From Alkalispirochaeta sp. (GTDB lineage Bacteria > Spirochaetota > Spirochaetia > DSM-27196 > Alkalispirochaetaceae), in the NCBI GenBank assembly GCA_965242725.1, contig CBDESZ010000009.1, forward strand, positions 12,096 through 76,095: a stretch of DNA of 64,000 nucleotides, given 5' to 3'. The first letter of the stretch is position 1. The number at the start of each line of letters is the position of its first letter. Shown here in pieces: positions 29,141 to 38,648 of this stretch. The position numbers and the translations under genes were made by a program. The notes under the pieces were generated by a model, which saw only the letters and a list, made by a program, of their open reading frames with translations, had not been told where the DNA came from and did no database searches.

Positions 29141-29733
29141 GAAAGAGACTGGAGATTGCCGGGCGTCGACGGGAGGGAGCTTTGAAAAAAGGCCGCCACG
29201 GAATCGACGGATACCCCGTCAACTCCGATGAGTCGCTGCAGAATCATTCCGTCGATTGTACAGAGAAGTACCTGCGCCATGGCGGTATAATCGTCGCGTC
29301 CGCGATAAATCCGACCAAGTCCTTCGTAAATGAGTTCCCGCCAGCGATGGTATTCCTTTACAAATCGTTTTCGCAGATTGGGGTTTTCCGTGAGCGCTTC
29401 CTGAATAAGGTAGATATGGATGAGCCCGCGGCTCGGCGAGTGCATGACCGTGTTCAAGACCATTCGAAATACCGTACGCGGTGATTGCTCGGTCCCGCTC
29501 GACTCGAGCCATCGGAAGAGCCGATTTGTCATGTTTGACATGTGACGTTCTGCCACGTCAAATATGAGATCACCTTTGGTGGCGTAGTAGTAGTACAGGG
29601 TTCCTTTGCTGATCTCCGCGGCGACGGCGATATCGGCAAGGGTGGTATTGTCTATGCCCCGTTCCCGTATCAGTTTTGCCGCGACCTGTATGATTCGTTC
29701 CCGATTTGCCGGCGTCGTTTTCCGCTGCCCCAT
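29137..29733 (-). CDS. TetR/AcrR-family transcriptional regulator
   Basis: RERIIQVAAKLIRERG...TTLADIAVAAEISKGTLYYYYATK. Start moved to ATG 29733. Confidence 0.93.
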   Translation of the reverse strand: MGQRKTTPANRERIIQVAAKLIRERGIDNTTLADIAVAAEISKGTLYYYYATKGDLIFDVAERHMSNMTNRLFRWLESSGTEQSPRTVFRMVLNTVMHSPSRGLIHIYLIQEALTENPNLRKRFVKEYHRWRELIYEGLGRIYRGRDDYTAMAQVLLCTIDGMILQRLIGVDGVSVDSVAAFFQSSLPSTPGNLQSLS

Positions 29734-29739
29734 GTCGGG

Positions 29740-29768
29740 AGAATACCCCATCATGACGTGCTGGTCAA
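29740..29768 (-). promoter_or_regulatory. Sigma70 promoter placed for a leaderless tetR transcript
   Basis: TTGACC-17bp-TATTCT-6bp-ATG. Confidence 0.65.
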
Positions 29769-29838
29769 TTTTTTCGGCCCAAGACCGAACTTTTGACGCC
29801 TGCAGGCGTTCGTCGGTATCCGCCGTCTGCCCCGGGAC

Positions 29839-29868
29839 TTGCACAGGCGGAGTTGAGACCAATAGAAT
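29839..29868 (+). promoter_or_regulatory. Sigma70 promoter placed for a leaderless PspC-domain transcript
   Basis: TTGCAC-18bp-TAGAAT-6bp-ATG. Confidence 0.6.
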
Positions 29869-29874
29869 ACCGGC

Positions 29875-30084
29875 ATGAGTAATTTTCGACCGCCGGAACG
29901 CCGATTGTATCGGAGTCGTGTCGACCGCAAGATTGCCGGCGTCTGCGGCGGCATTGCGGAGTTTTTCGGCATCGATTCATCGCTGGTACGAATCGGATTT
30001 GTCGTGCTCTTTGTCCTGGGCGGCGGCGGGGCGCTGATATACCTTATCGCCGCGCTGATTCTCGACAACAATCCCTGGCAGTAG
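29875..30084 (+). CDS. pspC: PspC domain protein
   Basis: RRLYRSRVDRKIAGVCGGIAEFFGIDSSLVRI followed by a TM segment. Confidence 0.93.
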   Translation: MSNFRPPERRLYRSRVDRKIAGVCGGIAEFFGIDSSLVRIGFVVLFVLGGGGALIYLIAALILDNNPWQ

Positions 30085-30104
30085 GTTCGGAAAAAGGGAA
30101 TCCC

Positions 30105-30710
30105 CTACTCTACGATACCGCGCATAAATGAGACGAGCACCTCAAGGGCCTTCTGGTTCTGTCCGCCTTCCGGGACGATGAGGTCTGCGTAAGCCTTGGT
30201 GGGTTCTATAAACTCATAGTGACCGGGACGCACCGTTTCAAGGTACTGGTCCACCACCGACTGAACGGTCCTGCCCCGTTCGTCGATGTCCCGGGACATG
30301 CGCCGTATAAAACGGATGTCATCCGGGGTATCAACGTATATCTTGAGATCGATCAAATCGCGGATTCTCGATTCAAAGAAAATCATTATTCCTTCAAGGA
30401 TCACGAGTTTGCCCGGCTCTAGGAGGATGGTCTTCTCTTCACGACGATGGTGTACAAAGTCGTATTGCGGCATTTCCACAGCCTTGCCTGCCCGAAGTTC
30501 GGCGAGATGGATCTCCAGTAAATCCGTGTCAAATGCCGCGGGATGGTCAAAATTAAAGGCGTTGATGTTTGTATTGCTCACGTACTCCGCGGAACGGTAG
30601 TAGTTGTCCTGGGGAATGAATGCAAAATCTCCCACGATTTCCGAAATTTTTCGTACGATTGTCGTCTTGCCGGAACCGGAGCCCCCGGAAATGCCAATGA
30701 TTCGAGCCAT
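30105..30710 (-). CDS. udk: Uridine kinase
   Basis: [48 protein letters not shown]. Confidence 0.96.
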   Translation of the reverse strand: MARIIGISGGSGSGKTTIVRKISEIVGDFAFIPQDNYYRSAEYVSNTNINAFNFDHPAAFDTDLLEIHLAELRAGKAVEMPQYDFVHHRREEKTILLEPGKLVILEGIMIFFESRIRDLIDLKIYVDTPDDIRFIRRMSRDIDERGRTVQSVVDQYLETVRPGHYEFIEPTKAYADLIVPEGGQNQKALEVLVSFMRGIVE

Positions 30711-30764
30711 AGGGTACTGACTATAGGAGGCCGAAGGATGCTGTGCAAGGTGTACGGCGCCAAC

Positions 30765-32390
30765 TCATGCGTAATGGCGATTTGTCCCGACCGCCGTCGT
30801 CAGGGCGTCCCGCATTTCCCTCCGGCCGTAGGGTTTCCGCAGCACGTACTGAAAATCGGCATCCCGAAAATAGGGTTCGCTCTTGCGATGCAGCGCCCCG
30901 GAACTCAGTACCGCCGGCAGTTCCGGTATAAATTCCCGCACCCGCTGCAGAAGCTGTACGCCGTCGACCTGACCGGGCATCGCCAGATCCGTCACGAGAA
31001 TATCGAAGGGCGCCGTTCCATCTGCAAGGGATTTCCTGACCACTTCAATGGCGCGCTCGCCGCTCGGAACTGCGGTCACCTCGCATCCCAGATGGGATAT
31101 GATCTGTTCCACCGAACTTCGTACCAAAGGGTCATCTTCCACAAGGAGGACCCGGAGTCCCTTCAGCTCCGCGGGAGTGTCGTGGACGAGCCGGGAGTTT
31201 TCGTCGGTGACCGGACGGGGCGTATCACCCCGCTCCGTCGCGACAGGGAGATGTATCGTCACGTCGGTTCCAAACCCCGGATCGGTCTGTATCGCAATAC
31301 GCCCGCCGTGTTGCTGCAGAATCGACATTGAGATGGAAAGCCCCATTCCGGCGCGGTCTTCCTTGGTCGTGAAATAGGGGCGAAACACCTCCCCGGCGAT
31401 ACGGGGGTCCATTCCGGTACCGTTGTCACGTATGATAATACCGATAGCCCCGTCGCGATTACAGACTTCCACGCGAAGTATACCGGTGTCGTCCATCGCC
31501 TCGACGGCGTTGACCACAACATTGAATAGGGCGTGACTCAATGCGTGGGGCGGCAGTGCCGCGGCGGGAATCACTCCGTCCATAAAGAACGTCGTCTTCA
31601 CCGGCGCTCCACCGGCGGCGAGGGTGACCGTATCGTGAACGATCTCGGCGACGTCCTCCGTCACTGAAAACTCTCCTTCAGCGTCTCCGCCGTCGACGAT
31701 GCGATCCATAAACCGATCCAACTGGACGCCCAACCGGTAGACTTTGTGCGCCACCCCGTGTATGCGGTGTGTCGCCTTGATCCAGTCCGCCGATCCGTCG
31801 TGGGAGGCACTTCGTTCAATTGACTCGACGTCGCTCATCAACGCCGTGGAGCAATCGAGTAACACGTTCGACAACCCCTCCATGGCGACGTGCAGGTTTT
31901 CTGCACGCTGCAGTTTCTGCAGTTCCATCCACAGACGACGCTGTTCTCCTATCCATTCCACCGCCACGACGGCAACGGGAGTTTCGGCACCGGTGGCACC
32001 CTCTGACTCGATGGGATGGACGACGACCTTGATCTCCTCCGGAACCAAATCGGGAGCATGGAGAATCAGTCCGGACTGGTACTCCCGCACACGGTGTAAC
32101 CGCATGACACCGGAAACAAGATCATCAACCTCGATCAGCGCCCCGTCGTGTTCGACGACGAGGACCTCGTGGAGGGGCCGATGAAGGAGACCGTCCAACT
32201 CGCCGGAACGGCTGAACTGACGACACGCAAGGCGATTTGCGTGTATGACACGGTATGCTTCATTCAGCACGAATATTGCGGCGTTTCCGATATTCATGAG
32301 GGTCGTCAATACGGACGAAGAAGAATCACGGAAACTGCGTTCAAGTCCACTCACCCTTGAAATTCTTTGACAGGTCGGCTGCAATTGCAA
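30765..32390 (-). CDS. Hybrid PAS-HATPase-receiver protein with degenerate H-box
   Basis: PAS-like N-terminus, NVVVNAVEAM, DNGTGM, FTTK, GMGL, REC domain (VLLVEDD, TDLAMP). Start uncertain between 32390, 32354 and 32297. Confidence 0.85.
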   Translation of the reverse strand: MQLQPTCQRISRVSGLERSFRDSSSSVLTTLMNIGNAAIFVLNEAYRVIHANRLACRQFSRSGELDGLLHRPLHEVLVVEHDGALIEVDDLVSGVMRLHRVREYQSGLILHAPDLVPEEIKVVVHPIESEGATGAETPVAVVAVEWIGEQRRLWMELQKLQRAENLHVAMEGLSNVLLDCSTALMSDVESIERSASHDGSADWIKATHRIHGVAHKVYRLGVQLDRFMDRIVDGGDAEGEFSVTEDVAEIVHDTVTLAAGGAPVKTTFFMDGVIPAAALPPHALSHALFNVVVNAVEAMDDTGILRVEVCNRDGAIGIIIRDNGTGMDPRIAGEVFRPYFTTKEDRAGMGLSISMSILQQHGGRIAIQTDPGFGTDVTIHLPVATERGDTPRPVTDENSRLVHDTPAELKGLRVLLVEDDPLVRSSVEQIISHLGCEVTAVPSGERAIEVVRKSLADGTAPFDILVTDLAMPGQVDGVQLLQRVREFIPELPAVLSSGALHRKSEPYFRDADFQYVLRKPYGRREMRDALTTAVGTNRHYA

Positions 32391-32392
32391 GG

Positions 32393-33340
32393 GTGTATGA
32401 CATAATTGGTGATATTCATGGCCACGCGACGCTCCTCAAACGACTTCTCACCCGATTGGGGTACCATCGGAGCGGTGTTTCCTGGCGCTACCCCGGCGGA
32501 TCGCGCCGCGTTGTATTTGTAGGGGACTACATCGATCGGGGCCCGGAGATCCGGGAGACCCTCCGCATCGTCCGGGCCATGGTGGACAACGACGGCGGGC
32601 ACGCGCTTATGGGGAACCACGAGTTCAACGCCGTCGGGTGGCATACAACGGATCCTCTGGGCAGACCCTATCGACCCCACTCACCAACCCATTTGAAACA
32701 GCATAGGCGCACCCTTGAAGAGTACGCCGGGGATACGGAGGCGCTGCAATCGGACATCGCATGGATGCGGACGCTTCCCCTTTTTTTTGAAGACGAGTCC
32801 ATACGGGTGGTCCACGCCGCGTGGGACCAGGGCATTGTCGAGTGGTTGCGCAAGCGGGAGGCTGCACACGGCGCCTCCACCCCCCTCACGGGCGACACCT
32901 TTCTCCATGACGCCTTTCAAATGGGAACGAGGGAGTATGAAGCGGTGGAAACGCTCCTGAAGGGGTACGAAACAGCGCTTCCCCAGGGATACTCATACAG
33001 GGACAAAGACGGGGCACGGCGGTTTTCAACCCGTATACAATGGTGGAGCGACCGTATCGACGGACGGAATGGCGTCGTCTCTCTCGGTGAAATCGCCACC
33101 CCTCCGGCGGACAGACTGCTGGAACATGTGACTATCCCCCGGTCCCTGGTCGACGTTGCGCCGTACACCGATACGATTCCCGTGTTTTTCGGTCACTACT
33201 GGCTTACCGGCACGCCCGCACCGCTCTCCCCCGTGACGGCGTGCCTTGACTACAGCGTCGCAAAGGGAGGGCCCCTGTGCGCATATCGATACGACGGAGA
33301 GTTTCCCCTCCGTCGTGACAATTTTATCTGCGTTTCCTGA
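32393..33340 (+). CDS. Calcineurin-like metallophosphoesterase (ApaH/PrpA-like)
   Basis: IIGDIHG, FVGDYIDRG, MGNHE, VHA, FGHY. Start set at GTG 32393. Confidence 0.9.
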   Translation: MYDIIGDIHGHATLLKRLLTRLGYHRSGVSWRYPGGSRRVVFVGDYIDRGPEIRETLRIVRAMVDNDGGHALMGNHEFNAVGWHTTDPLGRPYRPHSPTHLKQHRRTLEEYAGDTEALQSDIAWMRTLPLFFEDESIRVVHAAWDQGIVEWLRKREAAHGASTPLTGDTFLHDAFQMGTREYEAVETLLKGYETALPQGYSYRDKDGARRFSTRIQWWSDRIDGRNGVVSLGEIATPPADRLLEHVTIPRSLVDVAPYTDTIPVFFGHYWLTGTPAPLSPVTACLDYSVAKGGPLCAYRYDGEFPLRRDNFICVS

Positions 33341-33361
33341 TACGAACCTGACGACCTCCGG

Positions 33362-34651
33362 TCATCCTTTCCTGGCGAGTCGGAAGGCGGATTCCAGATC
33401 GGCAATGATATCATCGGGATGCTCAAGCCCGATTGAAAGGCGAATCAGTTCCGGCGGAAGCTTGGCGGCCCGCTGCTGTTCCTCGGAAAGCTGGCTGTGG
33501 GTCGTACTTGCAGGGTGGATCGCCAGGCTCTTTGCGTCACCCACGTTCGCGACGTGACTGAAAAGCTCAAGAGAATTGATGAACCGTTCTCCCGCATTGC
33601 GACCTCCCCGGATGCCGAAGGTAACCATACCGCCATATCCCTTTTTCAGGTACTTTTTCGCGTTTTCGTGGCCGGGGCTGCCGGGAAGACCGGGGTACCA
33701 CACCCATTCGACGTCCTTGTGGCTGGAAAGGAAGTCCGCCACCGCCGCGGCATTTGAACTGTGCCGCTCCATTCGCAGCGGTAACGTCTCCAGTCCCTGG
33801 AGGAATATCCACGCGTTGTCGGGGCTGATCGCGGCACCGAGATTTCGCAGCGGAACGAGGCGCATCCGCAGAATGTACGCCAACGGGCCAAGATCTCCGA
33901 GGTCGTAGGCGTACCGCAAGTTGTGGTAACTGCCGTCGGGTTCGACGAGGTTTGCAAACTTCGGATCGTCCCAGTTGAATCGTCCGCTGTCCACGACGGC
34001 GCCGCCGATTGCGGAGCCGTGTCCTCCCAGCCATTTTGTAAGGCTGTGGACGACGATATCGACACCGTGTTCCATCGGTTGAAAGAGATAGGGCGTCGTA
34101 AAGGTTGCGTCGGCGATGATCGGCAGCCGGTGACGACGCGCCACTTCGGCGAGGGCGTCAAAGTCGGGAACCAGAAGCGCGGGATTTCCGATCGTCTCGA
34201 TGAATATCGCCCGCGTCTTGTCGTTGATCGCCCCTTTCACCTCGTCCAGGTTGAGGGGGTCCACAAAGCGGACGGTAATTCCATACTGGGGAAGGATATC
34301 ATTGAACATCGTGTAGGTACCGCCGTAAAGGTACTTCGATGAAACGATCTCATCCCCCGCCCGTGCCAGGTTGATGATCGAATAATAGACGGCGCTCGTG
34401 CCGGAAGCCAGCGCCAGCGATGCGGCACCACCGTCAAGGGCGGCGAGACGTTCCTCAAGGACATTCTGCGTCGGGTTCTGCAGCCGGGTATAGATATATC
34501 CCAGCTCCTTGAGACCGAAGAGATTTGCCGCATGTTCAGCGTCACGAAAGTTGTATGCCGTCGTCCGATGGACCGCGACGCCCCTGCTCGGTGAAGCCTC
34601 GTCTTTTGTCTGCCCGGCGTGCAGTGCCAGTGTTTCAAAATGGTAACTCAC
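33362..34651 (-). CDS. metY: O-acetylhomoserine sulfhydrylase (MetY/Oah family)
   Basis: FETLALHAG, YIYTRLQNPT, LYGGT, HSLTKWLGGHG (PLP Lys), ANVGDAKSLAIHPASTTH. GTG start overlaps the cysK stop. Confidence 0.93.
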   Translation of the reverse strand: MSYHFETLALHAGQTKDEASPSRGVAVHRTTAYNFRDAEHAANLFGLKELGYIYTRLQNPTQNVLEERLAALDGGAASLALASGTSAVYYSIINLARAGDEIVSSKYLYGGTYTMFNDILPQYGITVRFVDPLNLDEVKGAINDKTRAIFIETIGNPALLVPDFDALAEVARRHRLPIIADATFTTPYLFQPMEHGVDIVVHSLTKWLGGHGSAIGGAVVDSGRFNWDDPKFANLVEPDGSYHNLRYAYDLGDLGPLAYILRMRLVPLRNLGAAISPDNAWIFLQGLETLPLRMERHSSNAAAVADFLSSHKDVEWVWYPGLPGSPGHENAKKYLKKGYGGMVTFGIRGGRNAGERFINSLELFSHVANVGDAKSLAIHPASTTHSQLSEEQQRAAKLPPELIRLSIGLEHPDDIIADLESAFRLARKG

Positions 34652-35571
34652 GATTGTTCCTCCTCGTATAACCAGGTGCTCAAATACCGTTCTCCGGTAT
34701 CGCACACGACGGTTACGATATTCTTTCCTGCATAACGCGGATCCGACGCCATTCGTAACGCCGCCGCAACATTTGCCCCCGCGGATATTCCGGCAAAGAT
34801 CCCCTCTTCAGTCGCCAGTCGACGGGCGGTGGACTTCGCTTCCTCTGCCTCCACGGTCACCACCCCGGACAACAGGGATACGTCGAGAACCTCCGGTATA
34901 AACCCGGCACCGATACCCTGTATCCGGTGAGGACCGGCGTTTCCGCCGGACAATACCGGCGAATCATGGGGTTCCACGGCGATCAGCTCCACCGTCGGTG
35001 ATTTGCCCCTGAGAAATCGCCCGGTACCGGTGATCGTTCCGCCGGTACCGACGCCGGCGATAAAAAGATCCACCTTTTCCCCCGACTGTCGCCATATCTC
35101 AGGTCCGGTGGTCTCCTCGTGGACACGGGGATTGGCGGGGTTAGAGAACTGACGCATCAGCACCGCCCCATTTGTCTCCCTCTCGATCTGCTCAGCCCGT
35201 TCCGACGCCGCCTTCATTCCCCCGCTGCCGGGAGTGAGTTCCAGCCGCGCACCGAGGGCAGTCAGGAGCCTGCGACGCTCGAGACTCATCGTCTCAGGCA
35301 TCGTAAGAACCACATGGTATCCCCGTTGCGCCCCAATCCAGGCAAGGCCGATTCCGGTATTCCCGCTGGTAGCCTCTACAATCGTCGATCCCGGTTGCAG
35401 TTCGCCTCGTGCCTCAGCCGCCTCAACCATGGACCGGGCGATTCTGTCCTTGACGCTTCCCAGTGGATTACGGTTTTCCAGCTTCAGAAGAACCGTACCG
35501 GGAAGCTCTGCATCCATTCGAGACATCGGAACCAAAGGTGTCTCGCCAACGGTATCAATATACTGTCGCAC
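34648..35571 (-). CDS. cysK: Cysteine synthase A
   Basis: NPLGSVKDRIA, EATSGNTGIGLA, GVGTGGT, HRIQGIGAGF, DTGERYLST. Confidence 0.96.
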   Translation of the reverse strand: MRQYIDTVGETPLVPMSRMDAELPGTVLLKLENRNPLGSVKDRIARSMVEAAEARGELQPGSTIVEATSGNTGIGLAWIGAQRGYHVVLTMPETMSLERRRLLTALGARLELTPGSGGMKAASERAEQIERETNGAVLMRQFSNPANPRVHEETTGPEIWRQSGEKVDLFIAGVGTGGTITGTGRFLRGKSPTVELIAVEPHDSPVLSGGNAGPHRIQGIGAGFIPEVLDVSLLSGVVTVEAEEAKSTARRLATEEGIFAGISAGANVAAALRMASDPRYAGKNIVTVVCDTGERYLSTWLYEEEQS

Positions 35572-35628
35572 CTTTCTGCAACCTCCTTTCCATATGGCGC
35601 ACCCGATCGATGCGTCAAATTATCCTAT

Positions 35629-35650
35629 ATTCCTACCGGTATTTAGGTTA
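35629..35650. promoter_or_regulatory. Possible Rrf2/CymR-type operator upstream of cysK
   Basis: ATTCCTA-CCGGTATTT-TAGGTTA-like inverted element (CCTA...TAGG core) in an AT-rich intergenic region. Confidence 0.35.
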
Positions 35651-35741
35651 CAAATTCGAAAACATAAGGTCAATATTATTCATTGGTTTTGTCATAATTA
35701 TCACCCTGGACGTGGGGAACAAAGGTACGTATGTTAACGCC

Positions 35742-38642
35742 ATGAGACACAACCGCCTTTTTCATATCATTCTCGTTGCACTTCTTCTTGTTTCCGCCGT
35801 CACAACGGCGGAAGGGATCAAGGAAACCCCGCAGAACGATCCGAGCTCTTCTTCCACCTCACGGAGCGACCGCCTCCTGCCCTTTCGCGACACCATTCGG
35901 CACGGGCGGCTTCCCAACGGAATGGAGTATTATCTGCAGCAGCACCCCCATCCTGAGGACACGGTGACGATTCGGTTGATCGTTGACGCCGGCAGTGTCC
36001 TTGAAACTGAAGAACAGCGGGGGCTTGCGCATTTTGTCGAGCATATGGCCTTTAACGGCACCCGGGATTTTGACGAAAACGAGCTTGTCGCCTACCTTGA
36101 GCGGCTCGGCATACAATTCGGCCCCGATGTGAATGCGTACACATCCTTTGATGAGACTGTCTATCGCCTGGATCTACCCGCCCGGGACGACGGGACGCTT
36201 ACGACCGGTTTTCGCGTCATGAGTCAATGGGCCGGCGCAATTTCTTTTGAGAGCGACGCCATCGAGCGGGAACGGGGCGTCATCGTTGAAGAGTGGAGAG
36301 GCGGACAGAACGCCGCCCAGCGCATGTTGCGCCAACACATGCCGGTCCTCCTTGCCGAGTCGCGGTACGCCCGGCGTCTCCCCATAGGCGAAATGGAGGT
36401 TGTCCGAAACGCTCCCCGATCGGAATTTCTTGATTTCTATCGTCGCTGGTACCGTCCGGACAACATGGCCGTCGTAGTGGCGGGAGATATTTCAACGGAC
36501 ACCATGGAACGTCTCGTCAGGGAGTATTTCAGCGGGATTCCGCGACCGGCGACCTCCCTGGACCGACCCTATTATCACGTCCCTATTCAGGAGGAGGTAC
36601 GGGCGAGTATCGCCACCGACGAGGAAGCACAGCGAAGCACCGTTGCCATCTACCGCCTGCAGCCGCCTCAATCGTTCGAGACGGAAGGCGACTACCGGCG
36701 CATCCTCGTCCGATCCCTCTTTGCCTCTACCTTCAACGAGCGAATACGGGACATAAGCCGTGAACCGGATGCCCCCATCGTCCAGGGAGGAGTCGGGTGG
36801 AATCGATTTCTCAGGGATACGGAAATCGCCGTTGCCAGCGTCGTCGTCCGGGATGACCGTATTACCGATGCACTCACACTCCTCGCGACCGAGCTCTATC
36901 GCGTTGAACAACACGGTTTTCTGCCTGACGAGGTCGATCGCGCGCGACGACGCCTTCTGCAATCTATCGATGAAGCATTGGTGAACAGAGAGAGCCGGAA
37001 CGCCTCCGCTCTTGCGGATGAGCTTGTCCGACACTGGACCGAGGGAGAAGCGGTTCCGGGCATAGAGGAAGAGCACCGCCTCTACCGCCGGTTCGTCCCT
37101 GAAATCACCGTTGCGGAAGTAAACGACGTCATCCGGGAGTTCCTGGACGATCGGGGACGGGTCATTCTGGGGGGAGTTCGGGTCACCGAAGACGGAACAC
37201 TGCCCGGCGGCGGTCCGGTACCTGAGGAGCAGGAGCTCATTGAAATCGTCGAGAATGCCGGAACGGCGCACCTGGACCGGTGGGAAAGCGCCCAGGTCGG
37301 AGAGACGCTCCTTCCCAACCCTCCCGTCCCCGGTGCCGTTGAGTCCGAAATCTATCACGAAGCGGTGGACACGACGGAACTCCGCCTGTCCAATGGAATG
37401 CGGGTATTTCTCAAACCGACCGACTACAAGGAAGATGAAATACTCTTCAGCGCGTACAGCCCCGGCGGTCTCGCCCTCGTCGAGGATGAACTCGTGGCGA
37501 CGGCGCAGCTTGCCTCCGCGGTGGCCGATGCAAGCGGTATCGGCGAAATTGACGCTCCGACACTTGAAAAAATCCTTGCCGGGAGTTCCGTCACTCTCTC
37601 GACGTCGATTTCACGTGTCGCCGAGACGATTTCCGGAAGCAGCCGGTCGGAGGATCTCGAAACACTTCTGCAACTTGCGCACCTCGTTTATACCCGACCC
37701 CGATTTGACGCGAATCAGCTAGAAAATCTTCGGCGACAGACGATTCAACGAATCGAAGGCTCCCTGGCGTCACCGACGGGACAATTCGGGCGTCGCCTTG
37801 AAGAACTCTTTGCGTCGGGAAATCCGCGGCTGCGATCGCCGCAGGTGGATGAGGTATCTTCAATTACCATCGAAAATACGGAGCAGGTCTTTCGGGAACG
37901 CTTCTCCCGTCCCGAGGATTTCGCACTCTTTTTCGTCGGCACCTTTGAAATCGAGGAGATGCGTCGCCTTGCGGCAACCTACCTCGCTTCTATACCACCC
38001 GGCGGAGAAATCGGGGACGATACCGTCCAATACGGTTTTGTCGAATCCATTCCCGATTCTTTCCCCCTCCCTCCCCGGGGAATCGTTGAAGAGACCGTCC
38101 GTGCCGGAAGTGAGCCGGTTGGCCGTACGGTGATACTCGTGCACGGTCCCTACGAATGGTCCCGGGAAGAGAACCACCGATTCAACTCTCTTGCCGATCT
38201 TCTCGATATCAGGCTCCGGGAGGCGATACGGGAAGAGGTCGGAGGCAGCTACTCCGTCGGCGCGGCGGGATGGCGCTGGCGACGCCCCGAGCCGTGGTCC
38301 TTCATGCAGCTCGCCTACGGAATGGATCCGGAGCGTTCGGATGAACTTGTCGACATCGTCTACTCCATCGTCGATGAGGTACGGCGGGAAGCGCCGTCCC
38401 GGGACTACCTGGAACGGATAACCGCTCAGCAGCGTGAACGCTACCGGATCGCCGTCCAGGACAACGGATACTGGCTTTCAAACCTGCAGTTTTCCGTTCA
38501 GCACGGGCGGGATCCGGCGGATATCCCCGATTTTCCGAAACTCATCGATTCTCTGACGCCGGAGGACATACGGAGCAGCGCAGAGCGATTCCTCGATCCC
38601 GCACGGAGAATACAACTGATACTTCTTCCTGAAGGGGAATGA
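35742..38642 (+). CDS. Exported M16-family zinc peptidase (PqqL-like)
   Basis: Signal peptide, GLAHFVEHMAFNGT (HxxEH), NAYTSFDETVY, second M16 half LSNGMRV. Start moved to ATG 35742. Confidence 0.94.
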   Translation: MRHNRLFHIILVALLLVSAVTTAEGIKETPQNDPSSSSTSRSDRLLPFRDTIRHGRLPNGMEYYLQQHPHPEDTVTIRLIVDAGSVLETEEQRGLAHFVEHMAFNGTRDFDENELVAYLERLGIQFGPDVNAYTSFDETVYRLDLPARDDGTLTTGFRVMSQWAGAISFESDAIERERGVIVEEWRGGQNAAQRMLRQHMPVLLAESRYARRLPIGEMEVVRNAPRSEFLDFYRRWYRPDNMAVVVAGDISTDTMERLVREYFSGIPRPATSLDRPYYHVPIQEEVRASIATDEEAQRSTVAIYRLQPPQSFETEGDYRRILVRSLFASTFNERIRDISREPDAPIVQGGVGWNRFLRDTEIAVASVVVRDDRITDALTLLATELYRVEQHGFLPDEVDRARRRLLQSIDEALVNRESRNASALADELVRHWTEGEAVPGIEEEHRLYRRFVPEITVAEVNDVIREFLDDRGRVILGGVRVTEDGTLPGGGPVPEEQELIEIVENAGTAHLDRWESAQVGETLLPNPPVPGAVESEIYHEAVDTTELRLSNGMRVFLKPTDYKEDEILFSAYSPGGLALVEDELVATAQLASAVADASGIGEIDAPTLEKILAGSSVTLSTSISRVAETISGSSRSEDLETLLQLAHLVYTRPRFDANQLENLRRQTIQRIEGSLASPTGQFGRRLEELFASGNPRLRSPQVDEVSSITIENTEQVFRERFSRPEDFALFFVGTFEIEEMRRLAATYLASIPPGGEIGDDTVQYGFVESIPDSFPLPPRGIVEETVRAGSEPVGRTVILVHGPYEWSREENHRFNSLADLLDIRLREAIREEVGGSYSVGAAGWRWRRPEPWSFMQLAYGMDPERSDELVDIVYSIVDEVRREAPSRDYLERITAQQRERYRIAVQDNGYWLSNLQFSVQHGRDPADIPDFPKLIDSLTPEDIRSSAERFLDPARRIQLILLPEGE

Positions 38643-38648
38643 ATGCGG

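Noticed and set aside
19164..30725. htrA and udk as members of the exact leaderless class
   Set aside because: Their TATACT and TATAGT hexamers are 10 and 9 nt from the ATG rather than 6, which implies short leaders at most.
35463..35741. N-terminal extensions in the ORF track (M16 peptidase here; also murC, tetR, yqgE, uvrB, buk, metY and the beta subunit)
   Set aside because: The extensions overlap neighbouring genes or promoters and lack family motifs. Downstream starts have better SD or -10 support.
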